From positions 15,731 to 47,730 of the forward strand of contig JADGIF010000008.1 in the NCBI GenBank assembly GCA_018985225.1: DNA of 32,000 bases, written 5' to 3'. This document shows, piece by piece, positions 20,056 to 30,016 of the stretch (position 1 is the stretch's first letter; each line of letters opens with the position of its first letter). Both the position numbers and the translations under genes were made by a program. The notes under the pieces were generated by a model. The model was not told where the DNA came from. It searched no databases and saw only the letters and a list, made by a program, of their open reading frames with translations. The DNA comes from Amoeboradix gromovi X-113 (lineage: Eukaryota; Fungi; Sanchytriomycota).

Positions 20056-21275
20056 GTTTGACGAAAGGAGTGTCCAATTGTTCGATTTGCATCTAAGAAT
20101 GCAACATTTGCAAGGAGAATTAATTGGGGTATGTCATAGCCAATGAATTAAATAAGAATTCAAACACTTCCATCTCCTAGTTAATTTGAGGCCGCTCCAA
20201 CCTAAACAAAGATTTCAAAATAAATAGTTCTTTCTGTAATCGTGTGTTTTTTGTGCCTCTCCACATATACTTTGTAATGGAACTAATTTGGGATACAGAA
20301 ACTTGGAGCTGGGGATATGTCTAACACAGATCAGGTAAAGAGTTAGTACATCTAATTTGGGGCATTTAATGAAAATTTAATTAATTAACTATTACTAATA
20401 CTGCATTTGCGAACCAACTAGCTATGAGCAATAGGTTAGATGCTATATTCCCTGGTTGTCTGCACCTGGGAAGTGTGAACTCTGAAATACTTCAGATCTT
20501 CACAATTAGCGTAGGCGTTAATAAAATGATTTTGGATATCACAGCAAACACTAGCGTACCGAATTTTTATAAAATTTACCATGTTTGATTGCTTAGAGAT
20601 TAGACAAAATATTCTGCTATCATTCTTTCACCGCTTGTTAGAATGCATCCGATAACCTGACGATTGCTGTAACACTCATTCACGTTTACATCCACAGCTA
20701 TATTACCGCAGTGCTCAATCTAAATTACAGACTCTTATGATAGTGAATGCTCTTTTACCTGCCATCATCTACATTACGGATTTAGCAGTACTAAGTTCTG
20801 GAGTAAATATTACTAATTTCTAGCTTCTAGCTGAGAAGGATTTGAACACCTCTACGATTGTGTTTGTAATTTACATCATCATAGCAAGTAATGCTCTATT
20901 GTCTCTAAACATGAAAGAATGATAAATTCTAGCAAAGTACATAATAAGGTCAATAAATAGATTGGATACTTTTGTTGCCGATGAAAAGGCTGAGATGATC
21001 TCTTTTGTTGTCTTTAAAACTTTTCTGGCATTGAGTGGGCGCAGTGAATGCTAAAGCGTCCTTATGATTTTTTCCTGGCATTCCTTAGTAAATACATGAT
21101 GGTTAACAATTTATAGAAACTGCTGTGTAAGTTTGCACATACAAAACGAAACCAACTAAGTCCCTTCTCTTATAGACAGTGAGAATGATATATTTGCAAA
21201 GCTCAGTAGCACCCTACTTTGTAACAAATGGTGTTAAATAAGCTGATAGTTATTAATATAGCTAGACTTATTTTT

Positions 21276-21310
21276 GAGAAAGCTCAATCTTCTTTTATAT
21301 TGATGTCTCA
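21276..21310 (-). repeat. Degenerate left-end-like remnant abutting copy 4
   Basis: Minus strand TGAGACATCAATATAAAAGAAGATTGAGCTTTCTC versus family left end TGGGACATCAAATATAAAAACTAGACTAACTTTCTG. Confidence 0.55.
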
Positions 21311-21730
21311 TGGGGCACCAAACAAAAAAACTAGGCCAAGTCGTTTTTAAAGTTGCTGCTCCATAAGTAGGAGATACTATTAGTAATAAAAGTCCTGTCA
21401 AACCAATTTTCTTTCATTAACATCATTCCTCTCTTTAAAATAAAACAAGATGACCCAATATCTCTTTCAAATATATGAGCTCTTAGAGTGTCAAGGCAAA
21501 AGGTGCATTATCTGTTCCTTTTTCTTCTTACCACCTTTCGTATAACTTAATTTTTGTTTTCTCTTCTTATTAATCATTGTATCTAAGAATTTGATGGACA
21601 AAAAGCTTTTATACTAAAATAGTTTACTTGGACCAGTCAGATTAATTTAATTTACTATCGGTTGATACACTTGAAATAATGCTTCAAACTGTTTCATCAA
21701 GTTAGTCTAGTTTTTATATTTGATGTCCCA
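21311..21730 (-). mobile_element. TIR element copy 4 (420 bp), long form, reverse orientation
   Basis: Left TIR at the 21730 end (TGGGACATCAAATATAAAAACTAGAC), degenerate right TIR at 21311. Frame 21507->21331 reads CTFCLDTLRAHIFERDIGSSCFILKRGMMLMKENWFDRTFITNSISYLWSSNFKNDLA*. It has an extra 124 bp (21508-21631) relative to the short form. Confidence 0.9.
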
Positions 21731-21741
21731 TACGTTTATTT

Positions 21742-23098
21742 TTAATGATTTGCCTGTGACAGGGATCGATTTGACTTGTTGGAACTCAACTTGTTCGTAC
21801 TTATTTGTTCATCAGTGTCTTTCTCTATTTTCTTCAAACTTATGTCCTGGTTCCGTTTAAGCAGCCTCTTTGCTTTTGTCTTTTTATAGAATTGAAATAC
21901 AAATGCAGATATTATAGCTATGGATGCTGCCCCAAATCCCAATCCTAGCCCAAGAGCATATCCATTTATTGACGGAGAAGCGCATACTACATCAAAATAT
22001 AATACCTGGCACTGTTAATGGAAAATATACATCAGATGTTGGACTCAAAGTTAAATTCATTTTATCAGCGACCGCGGTAACAACAGAGCTGTCGTCTAAG
22101 TTGTCCTGCCCTAGCTCCCAGAACATGGCTCCCTTTAGTGCTTTTGAAGATATGTAGTTAATTTTGTGCTGCACCGAGTCCACATCTTCAAATGTAGTAA
22201 ACAATCCAGAATCTGGACTATAGTACCATGGAGCCTTTGCTATATTATCGAAATAGCGATTTCCTTTACTAGTTCTGCTTATATCCATGTTATTTACGAA
22301 AATATCACACTTGGAAGTGCAAGATTGAAAAAGTCCATTATTATTGTTATCGTTTTTAACAACTTGATATTGATAAGCGTAAAGGGGTATGCCCAAAACA
22401 ATTTTACTGTAAGGAACATTCATCGAAACTAGCGATTTAATCGCAGAATCTGCGCTGGCATCCTCAATTGGATCTAAAGGATTGTGGTATAATGGAGATT
22501 GATGGCTCGCCACTGTGCTACCTACACTTGCATCATATGACATCAGATTAAACCAGCTAAAAATTGGGTTAGCCTCTTCAAGATTGTAATTCTTTAAAAT
22601 ATTTGGAATGCTTGGTATAGCAGCCGTGATTTCATATTTGTACCCTAACTTCGCCCTCAAATCTTTTCCTAATTGAACAAAATAAGTTCCTTCGTTAGGA
22701 AGCGGATATTCCCAGTCTATATCAACCCCGTCTAAGCCATGTGTTGTAATTAGATCACTGATATCAGTTACGAACTTCATTCTTTTTACCTCATCTCGAA
22801 CTACTGGCATAAAAGATTTAACCCATGTCGCACCACCAACTGAGAGGTGAATCCTTAAGTGTTTGTGAGTTTGTTTTAATTGCAGCAAACTATTTAGATA
22901 GTTTATTGCGCAGCATTTATTGCATCCATCGTCTCCGAATATTATTGAACCATCATCAGTGTTTAAATTCAGGAAGCTATAAGCTATGTGAGTTAACTTA
23001 TCAGCGGGTATTTTGTTAAAATCTATAGGAGTCCAAATACTCGCATAACCAATAACAACTTTTGAGTTTGAATCCATGCTTTCTGGCCTAGTGTCCAT
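21742..23098 (-). CDS. GH18 chitinase 2 with C-terminal transmembrane anchor, complement(join(21742..21986,22006..23098))
   Basis: LSVGG, LDGVDIDWEYP, NLMSYD and MFWELGQD; colinear paralog of chitinase 1. Intron removal joins ORF 21742..21942: PVCASPSINGYALGLGLGFGAASIAIISAFVFQFYKKTKAKR... Start ATG is at 23098 or 23077. Confidence 0.92.
21987..22005 (-). other. Predicted 19-nt spliceosomal intron GTATTATATTTTGATGTAG
   Basis: CCAG|GT..TAG, phase 1, A at -6. It contains the apparent stop of the unspliced ORF. Confidence 0.88.
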
Positions 23099-23495
23099 AT
23101 GTGTCAAACTCTACAGTTTTTATGCAATCATAGGCTTATCCTAAACTCGTCGCCCAAACAGTTGGATGGATTTCAAGCGTCCTATCACTAAAGCTTCCAC
23201 CTTTCAAGGGAAGATAGCTAAAAACATGAGATTATCTTAAGCAGGAATGCAAATCTTTCGATACAGTTTTATTGAGAGCACTGGTACAGCCCAAAAGATG
23301 TTGGCAATTATGTGAGAGAATACATCGTGTGTTATATTCTACCCGAGTTTATCATAATTTTAAAGCTTTATCAATCATTGACCAGTTAGATTCAGTCTAA
23401 ATCAATTCTTTCACAATAGATTAATTAATCCACCGCATTTACTTTTTATTTGAAGAGATAAATCCAGTAGTAAGAAAGTCGTGATACCCCGCGTG

Positions 23496-25178
23496 ATGTC
23501 AAACTTGATTAACTTGGATAGAATTCCTTCTATCATAGAAGATCGAATTCAGAAATATATTGAAGAGTTCGAAACCGAATCTGATGAACCCCGTCCTGTG
23601 TCGATTGTTTATGGGACTTGGGGAGTAGGTAAGTCAACTCTGTTAAAACAAATAAAAAAAAACGAAAACAACGAACACAAAGCGTTGGTGATTCGTTTAG
23701 ATGCTGCAGCTGATGCTGGATTCTTATCTGAACAATTAAACAGTGAGTATTTCTTGAAAAAGATTGAAACTGCCAAAAAAGGTGATGATGTATTTTGCAA
23801 GTTCGGCAGATTGTATAAGAAATATATATCAGACGATATGGGACTGCAAATGCAAGCAATAAAAAACATGCTTATCTTTCCAGTTGTCATCGTTATAGAC
23901 CAATGGGATTTATTGCCTAAAACGCACCCTTGCTATAACATCCCAATGGTTCATAATAACAAAGCCCCATTGTATATTGTTGCTGGTTCTGGATCTTGGA
24001 ATCCTAAGCTATCCATTTGCTCAGATAGATATAACGAGTACAAAAAGCTATTCATGGATGATCTGTATGTTCATGTTGGCGCATTGACAGAAGCTGAGTT
24101 TAAAAGCGTTAAGGCAACGAATCCAAGCAGAATTAAAATGTCGAGGGAGATGATATTCATTAAATCTAATGGCATATTCAGACTTGTTAACTCGATTATT
24201 TATTCCGAGGAGTCTGAATGTGATGATATAATAGACTCGCAGCTCGTTGGAAACGTAGACAGAGTTTTGCTTAGAGCAAAGGATGAATACAATGAGTGGG
24301 CGCGGAAAGAAACAATTGATAACCTGGCAACAATGCTTAGGTATAGTGAAACAGATAATGATGTGGAACTGCCAAAGGAATTCTGCAGAATCAGTGGAAT
24401 TGTAAGTGACCAAAGTGACAAATTCTCTCATCCCAGATTTCAAAACGCCATTAAAAAAGTGTTGCTTGAAGATAATGTTTTAATAACGTTATTCCAAATC
24501 TTAGCACAATTAGGATTGGACCCTGATGTTAACCATTCCATGCTAGGTACATATTTTGAAGCCATATTTTGGAAGCAATCCAAAAATATAATGACTTTAA
24601 AGCTCGTATGTGAAAAGCCCTGTGTCACAAATTGTAAAAAGGCGATAAAAGAGTCATTTGATGAACTAATGGATGGAGGTATACTGACATTACAATGGGA
24701 GAGCGTAGAGTCTTTGGACAAATCAACTGATTTACAGAATCATAAAAACACATACGGGGTGTTGATTAAAATGAGTCCTAATTTTCCATTAGTTGATTTT
24801 GTGTTGGCAAAAGAGGTGGGCAATGAAGTACACATTTATGCCATTCAAGTCACCATTCAATCTTACGAAGAGCACAAGATGACAGAAGAATATTATGATG
24901 AGCAAGCAATACGATGCTACAAGTATGGGATAAAGAGGAAAGGTGATGGCGGATTCATGACCAGGTTTGGGATGAAAAATCAGACTATTCGCGATTTACT
25001 GATTCAAACATTTAGCAATGGCAAAGCCGCCAAAGTCATTTATGTTTTTATTTCACCCAAGCAGACAAAATTGCCTAGTAAAAACTGTTTCTATATTCCA
25101 CAGACAAAATGGTTTTCTGCGAGCGATACGTGGGTTAAAAGATATCTTGATGCTGCAAAATTGGAGATAGTGAAATAA
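23496..25178 (+). CDS. Crinkler/RHS-type (CR) effector-like protein: P-loop NTPase + restriction-endonuclease-fold domain
   Basis: Walker A GTWGVGKST, Walker B-like VIVIDQWD, linker LGTYFEAIF, and C-terminal PNFPLVDFV...IYAIQVTI...H, typical of CR-REase domains. First ATG at 23496. Confidence 0.75.
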   Translation: MSNLINLDRIPSIIEDRIQKYIEEFETESDEPRPVSIVYGTWGVGKSTLLKQIKKNENNEHKALVIRLDAAADAGFLSEQLNSEYFLKKIETAKKGDDVFCKFGRLYKKYISDDMGLQMQAIKNMLIFPVVIVIDQWDLLPKTHPCYNIPMVHNNKAPLYIVAGSGSWNPKLSICSDRYNEYKKLFMDDLYVHVGALTEAEFKSVKATNPSRIKMSREMIFIKSNGIFRLVNSIIYSEESECDDIIDSQLVGNVDRVLLRAKDEYNEWARKETIDNLATMLRYSETDNDVELPKEFCRISGIVSDQSDKFSHPRFQNAIKKVLLEDNVLITLFQILAQLGLDPDVNHSMLGTYFEAIFWKQSKNIMTLKLVCEKPCVTNCKKAIKESFDELMDGGILTLQWESVESLDKSTDLQNHKNTYGVLIKMSPNFPLVDFVLAKEVGNEVHIYAIQVTIQSYEEHKMTEEYYDEQAIRCYKYGIKRKGDGGFMTRFGMKNQTIRDLLIQTFSNGKAAKVIYVFISPKQTKLPSKNCFYIPQTKWFSASDTWVKRYLDAAKLEIVK

Positions 25179-25696
25179 AATATCTATGACTATTTACAAC
25201 TTGATTTATTGAATGACTTAGACAAGATGCTTGTAAAAGAATTTATTTGTCCTTTTGGGATTAGTGACTAACACTTTCTTTGTGATTTGAAATAAAAATA
25301 TTAATCGGTTAAAGACACGATATTTAACAATAATTTTTTGATTTAATTGCGCTCTTCTCCAATAGATGGCCACATATAGAATCCCATAGAAAAAATAGGT
25401 ATTACGATAATGATTGCTTTAGCTGATCTACAATACATCTGATTCAAATTTAAAATCATTTGCTAGTTGCCTGGAAAAAACGCATTGTAGACGAATAGTT
25501 CCAAAGTGCTACTTAAAGTTCTCGATGCGTAGCCTGGCATCTCGCTTAGAAATTTCTAGGAGATCAAAATTATTCATTTGCGTTTAAAATTACGCTAGAA
25601 CGTCATAATTTCAAGCGCGTACAGAAATTGAGCATTTAATTGTAAATATCAAGAAAGAATGGCGCTTTATTTTTCAAAACGTTTTTGAATCAACTT

Positions 25697-27268
25697 ATGC
25701 CTTTTGGATTGTACAACGACGTACAATATTTATGTAGCATCCATCAAGTGCTACTTATTTATTCCTCGATGTCACTGGAAGATATATCCAATGCCCTCAC
25801 TCCGATATCGCCTAGTATTTTAATTATTGAATTCTCTAAATCGTTTATATATTCTCTATTTGTTGACCCTAACTTGTCTAAATACAACATCGTAATACTC
25901 AAATATAAGCCGGATATATTTATGGATCTATCGATTAGTTTGTTGAAGAGAATATTATCGAAACGCAGCAACTTAAAGTTGATCATTTATAATTCGACTG
26001 CTGAGATGAAGTCTTATTTCAATAACCCAGGCATTTTGGAGTTCTATACAAACGAATGCGATGTTTACTATTTAGACCAGCCTTGTTCTAACATTGTTAA
26101 TTCCATAACATTTACAATAAAGCATTTGTTGAAGAATGATTCTGCTGGTACAGTTCTTGTCTTCTGCCCCGGTATAAATGAAATCAGCCAAATCAAAAAT
26201 GACTTGCAAGCAGATTCAATCAATGTCCAAGTTTGCCAAGGCGCTGCAATCCCATCATTTACTAAAAGTAGAATTGTTTTAACAAGCAATGCAGGTATTG
26301 CGGCAGACTATGTTGTTGATTCTGGAGTCACCCGAAATGTTTATTATGATGGTGTCTGCAACACTTTGATAACTGAGCATATATCAGATTATGAAGCAAA
26401 CATTAGAAGTCGATTTGCGAATACTAAATTATTTAGGTTGTACACACAGGCAGAATACAACGCGTTTACAAAATCTTGTACCAACCAGCAAGATTACGCC
26501 CAATTGGTCTACTTATTGCTATGCTTAAAATGCAAAAATCCAGTCTTTTTCGATTATTTTAACAAACCCAATTTGTATTTGTTGAACTGTGCAGTAGTAC
26601 AACTATTCCAATTATCGTTTATAAACAGCTGCGGTCTGTTGGATAACTCTGCAGAAACCTTCAAAGAAGTCCCATTGCATCCGCGGTACCTAAGAGTAGT
26701 TTCTTCGGCGTTCGACTTTAAATGCCTGGTTCCAGTACTAAAAATGATTTCAATGTGCCATGTTAAGGAGCTTTTCCTTACAAAGAACAGAAAGCAACTA
26801 GAGCAAGTACAAGAACCATTTAAGAGTGAGCATGGTGATTTGCATTCATATTTGAATATTTTTGATTTGTTTCTTAAAAATGGAGATAAATGGTCTGCAA
26901 AGCATTCATTAAATACCAAGGAGCTAAATAAAGCAGTGCGCCTATATAAGAAATGTAAAGCAGCAATAAAAGCAGCAACGAAAGTGGATTTCAGTGCCTC
27001 ACAGGTAATAAATAACGATTCCATCAAGAAATCATTTATAGACGGATTTTTTATGAATGTCATGGTGCTAGACGGTATTAGGTATAAAAGGCTAGACGAT
27101 ATTTTCGTGGATATACACCCTAATTCAGTGCTATATAACGACATGCCCAAATGGTGTATATACATAGAGGGACTTAAAACAAGCAAGTTATTTGTGCAAC
27201 ACGTCATGACTGTGGATTGGAAATGCGTAAGAGACAAAAGAGAATTTTACGAGTTTAAAAGTACTTGA
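25697..27268 (+). CDS. DEAH/RHA-family helicase homolog (DHX35/Prp43-like) with degenerate ATPase motifs
   Basis: DPNLSKYNIVIL, LLKRILSKRSNLKLII, VLVFCPGINEI, YVVDSG, FRLYT, HA2-like EVPLHP and OB-fold IHPNSVLY...PKW are recognisable. Walker A, DEAH, SAT and motif VI are not intact. Confidence 0.85.
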   Translation: MPFGLYNDVQYLCSIHQVLLIYSSMSLEDISNALTPISPSILIIEFSKSFIYSLFVDPNLSKYNIVILKYKPDIFMDLSISLLKRILSKRSNLKLIIYNSTAEMKSYFNNPGILEFYTNECDVYYLDQPCSNIVNSITFTIKHLLKNDSAGTVLVFCPGINEISQIKNDLQADSINVQVCQGAAIPSFTKSRIVLTSNAGIAADYVVDSGVTRNVYYDGVCNTLITEHISDYEANIRSRFANTKLFRLYTQAEYNAFTKSCTNQQDYAQLVYLLLCLKCKNPVFFDYFNKPNLYLLNCAVVQLFQLSFINSCGLLDNSAETFKEVPLHPRYLRVVSSAFDFKCLVPVLKMISMCHVKELFLTKNRKQLEQVQEPFKSEHGDLHSYLNIFDLFLKNGDKWSAKHSLNTKELNKAVRLYKKCKAAIKAATKVDFSASQVINNDSIKKSFIDGFFMNVMVLDGIRYKRLDDIFVDIHPNSVLYNDMPKWCIYIEGLKTSKLFVQHVMTVDWKCVRDKREFYEFKST

Positions 27269-27992
27269 ATTACCACCAGATACTTCCTTTAATAATCCTA
27301 TCTTCATTACCTTTACCAAGGATGAATGATCATATAGCTCAGCGTCATCTTACTTGAGCAACAAATAAAATAAAATAAATTTATTGTTCTTAATGTGATG
27401 AAGCCTATGATTCAATTATTTGATCTAATTTTCGTGTTTTATGCTGCATTTTCTAAATTAATATGGTATTTCTCAGTGAAAATTATTGTCATTGACGAGC
27501 TCATCAATTATCAGCTGTCCCTATCTACCATCCTTGAAGTTTGACTTACCTAAGCGTTTACTTGAGGAACTGCCCATTTAAGACTCATACAAATCATAGT
27601 TAACCACAAGCTGTCTCAGTATTCATGATCACATTTGGTCAATAGAAACTTAACGTTCCGCCAATTAGACGTCCTAGACGTTAAGAGCAGACATCTGTAG
27701 CTGATGCTGATGTTTGTTCCTAATTCCGTGTAACTTAGCGATTTCATGTTATTTTGTAAAACAAAAGATAAATGATTTTAACTTCCTAATTGTTATTGGT
27801 TCAAAGATCTCAGAGTGCGCTAAGTTGACAATTTATTCATGGGACCTCGACACTCCAAAAATAGGTTGCTCTTCGAAACAACAGTCTTTTTGACTTTTAT
27901 TTCATGATTTTGGGTTCATTGGGCGCTACTAGATATTAATGATTCTCTTTCTCTTCTCACCCACATTTACCCCAGTCTAGTTTTCATGGAGC

Positions 27993-28577
27993 ATGTCTCA
28001 GATGTCAAAGAGTGCATTGAAATTTATATTCCCATTCTTTGGAGATAACAGATTTAGTGACACAGAGTCTAATGGTGTCCCAGATGGCAATAATGACGAG
28101 ATACAATTGACTGAACTGGAACTATTAAAAATGGAAAACAAAAAATTGGGTACCGAGATTGCTACGCTAAATTCCGAAAAAAAGAGATTAATGCTAGACA
28201 TGGAATGCATAGAGATGGAGAACAGAGTTTTAAGAGGTTTGAAGAAACAAATTAATCAACCGGAATCAAAAACTATTTTATCCACTAGATATGACTCTTT
28301 TATTGACGATAAAGCATTAGAAAGTGAGACGGGAAAGCTTAAGAGGCTTTTAAAATCGTCCAACGAGGAGGTAGTTGCACTGAAAAATGCAAATTGTAAT
28401 TTAGTACTGCAACATGAAAAAGAGCTAAATACTTTTATGAGATTGCGTAGTAAAGAGAAAGACTTGGCATTGCGATTAAGGCTAGAAATCATTCAAAACA
28501 GATCTTTTATTGAGCAGTATAGACTGGACTCACGCGCATCAAAGTCAGATTTTCAAGAGGCAATATTATATCAGTAA
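27993..28577 (+). CDS. Hypothetical coiled-coil protein (194 aa)
   Basis: Intact ORF with heptad-like L/E/K-rich helices. Confidence 0.65.
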   Translation: MSQMSKSALKFIFPFFGDNRFSDTESNGVPDGNNDEIQLTELELLKMENKKLGTEIATLNSEKKRLMLDMECIEMENRVLRGLKKQINQPESKTILSTRYDSFIDDKALESETGKLKRLLKSSNEEVVALKNANCNLVLQHEKELNTFMRLRSKEKDLALRLRLEIIQNRSFIEQYRLDSRASKSDFQEAILYQ

Positions 28578-28645
28578 ACATGTTTGGCATCAAAAATAAA
28601 ACTCTGATAAGTATTTCAGGGAAAGTGTTTACCCCATACTTCTCA

Positions 28646-28847
28646 TTAAAAGTCCTGATCGGCTTGAAAATGAAGAGTTTCCACAGATAAGTTATCAAAG
28701 CCAGTCGCCCCATAATCGTGTTTGCTTACGCTTCACTACCTTGAGGCGGTGCTACATAGGACGCACTTAAGCATATGCTCCTTGTTGCCATATGCTCTCT
28801 ATCTACTTCCGAACTACATTTGATCCATGTGTATCTCGAAATTGGTT
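28646..28847 (-). pseudogene. Decayed coding fragment B, homologous to 13055..13248 (+)
   Basis: Ends ...SVSKHDYGATGFDNLSVETLHFQADQDF*, with the same terminal QDF* as fragment A and in-frame stops upstream. Confidence 0.65.
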
Positions 28848-29412
28848 TAATTCAAAATACTACACATCACACTTGTACCGTTCCTCGAGTTTGTAATCAT
28901 ATGCTCTGTAGCGGTTTATAAGTTAATACAGTCTCTTTGCATCATACCGCGATCACCTTGACAATTTACTACCTAGACTTCTGATGCATATTTCTCGATT
29001 TTTTACACCGTTGAATAAGAAATTACTCACCGAACAAAACAGAGGACCGCTTACTGTATTAGACCCCGACTCTTCTCAATGCAACAACCAGGCTTATTCT
29101 AATAAACTCGATAGCTGACATTTATATTGACAAGGTGCTACATTTCAGATGGCTTCTAATGAAGAAACTGCAATACGATGAATACAAAGGCAGTGAGTTA
29201 TAAAGGATGAGCCATCAATGGATTGTTTAAAGTTAAAGTAGCTGGATGTGGGATTCTATTCAGTATGAGCTTTAGTTGCAAAATTATTTTGATCTATGAA
29301 TAATAGGATTGAGGTACCTAATTTAAAGCCAGTGTTGCTTTTACAACAGATACCACATATACCATCAGGACAAGAACTTTGAATTTAATTTTAAACTATT
29401 TACTATCGCTTA

Positions 29413-29802
29413 TTAGTATTTTGACGAAAGAAAGGTATCTTTACCAATTTCAAATTTAGTTATAAATTCAAGAGATTCTCCTAATGTGGCCTGGTCGCAC
29501 AATCTGGAATTCTCAAGCAACATATCACATCTTGGGCATGTGAAGCAGAAGCAATCTACTGTCTTACAGCTCTGAAGTCTTATTAGATTTGCTCTCTCTT
29601 TATCATGTTGAGAGCGACACATAGACTTAAGTATATCACTTACAAAAGGACAGTGTATATCCCACCAATGCTGTCTTGTTTGATCCACACTACCAATAGT
29701 TAAGGAATCATCAGATGAAGATATGCTGTTTATCAGTCTATGAGAGTATCTCTGTTGATTAAACTTTTCTATATTTGTATTTCTGGTCTCGATTTGATTC
29801 AT
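29413..29802 (-). CDS. Small hypothetical Cys-rich protein (129 aa)
   Basis: ATG-initiated ORF, divergent from DPH5, with a CKTVDCFCFTCPRC cluster. No family recognised. Confidence 0.5.
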   Translation of the reverse strand: MNQIETRNTNIEKFNQQRYSHRLINSISSSDDSLTIGSVDQTRQHWWDIHCPFVSDILKSMCRSQHDKERANLIRLQSCKTVDCFCFTCPRCDMLLENSRLCDQATLGESLEFITKFEIGKDTFLSSKY

Positions 29803-30016
29803 AATCGTAATTCAAGATAACGCTTCCTTTTATATGGAAAAAAGACGTTTGGCAATCACATATTTTGGAACCCTTGTTGACCAAAATCGTGTCAATAAAA
29901 AATTGCAAATAATAATATTTAGGATGTTCCGATAACATTCGTTATTACAAGTTAAACACTTTCGATCGAAATAGTTCATGTGATCGAGACTATTAAAACC
30001 TCCTGTTACAAATCAC

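Noticed and set aside
20056-20173. Possible signal-peptide exon for chitinase 1 (and MFLAIFP... upstream of chitinase 2)
   Set aside because: All candidate joins retain an in-frame stop or need non-consensus splice sites, so the N-termini are left unresolved.
20711-20823. GT..AG segments of 20 nt (20711-20730) and 21 nt (20803-20823) that would join hydrophobic fragments
   Set aside because: They lack the A at -6 shared by the four supported introns, no complete gene model results, and such spacings occur often by chance.
25297-25320. AATATTAATCGGTTAAAGACAC, resembling an internal part of the element (similar short match near 29395-29410)
   Set aside because: These are short AT-rich matches without TIRs or further colinearity.
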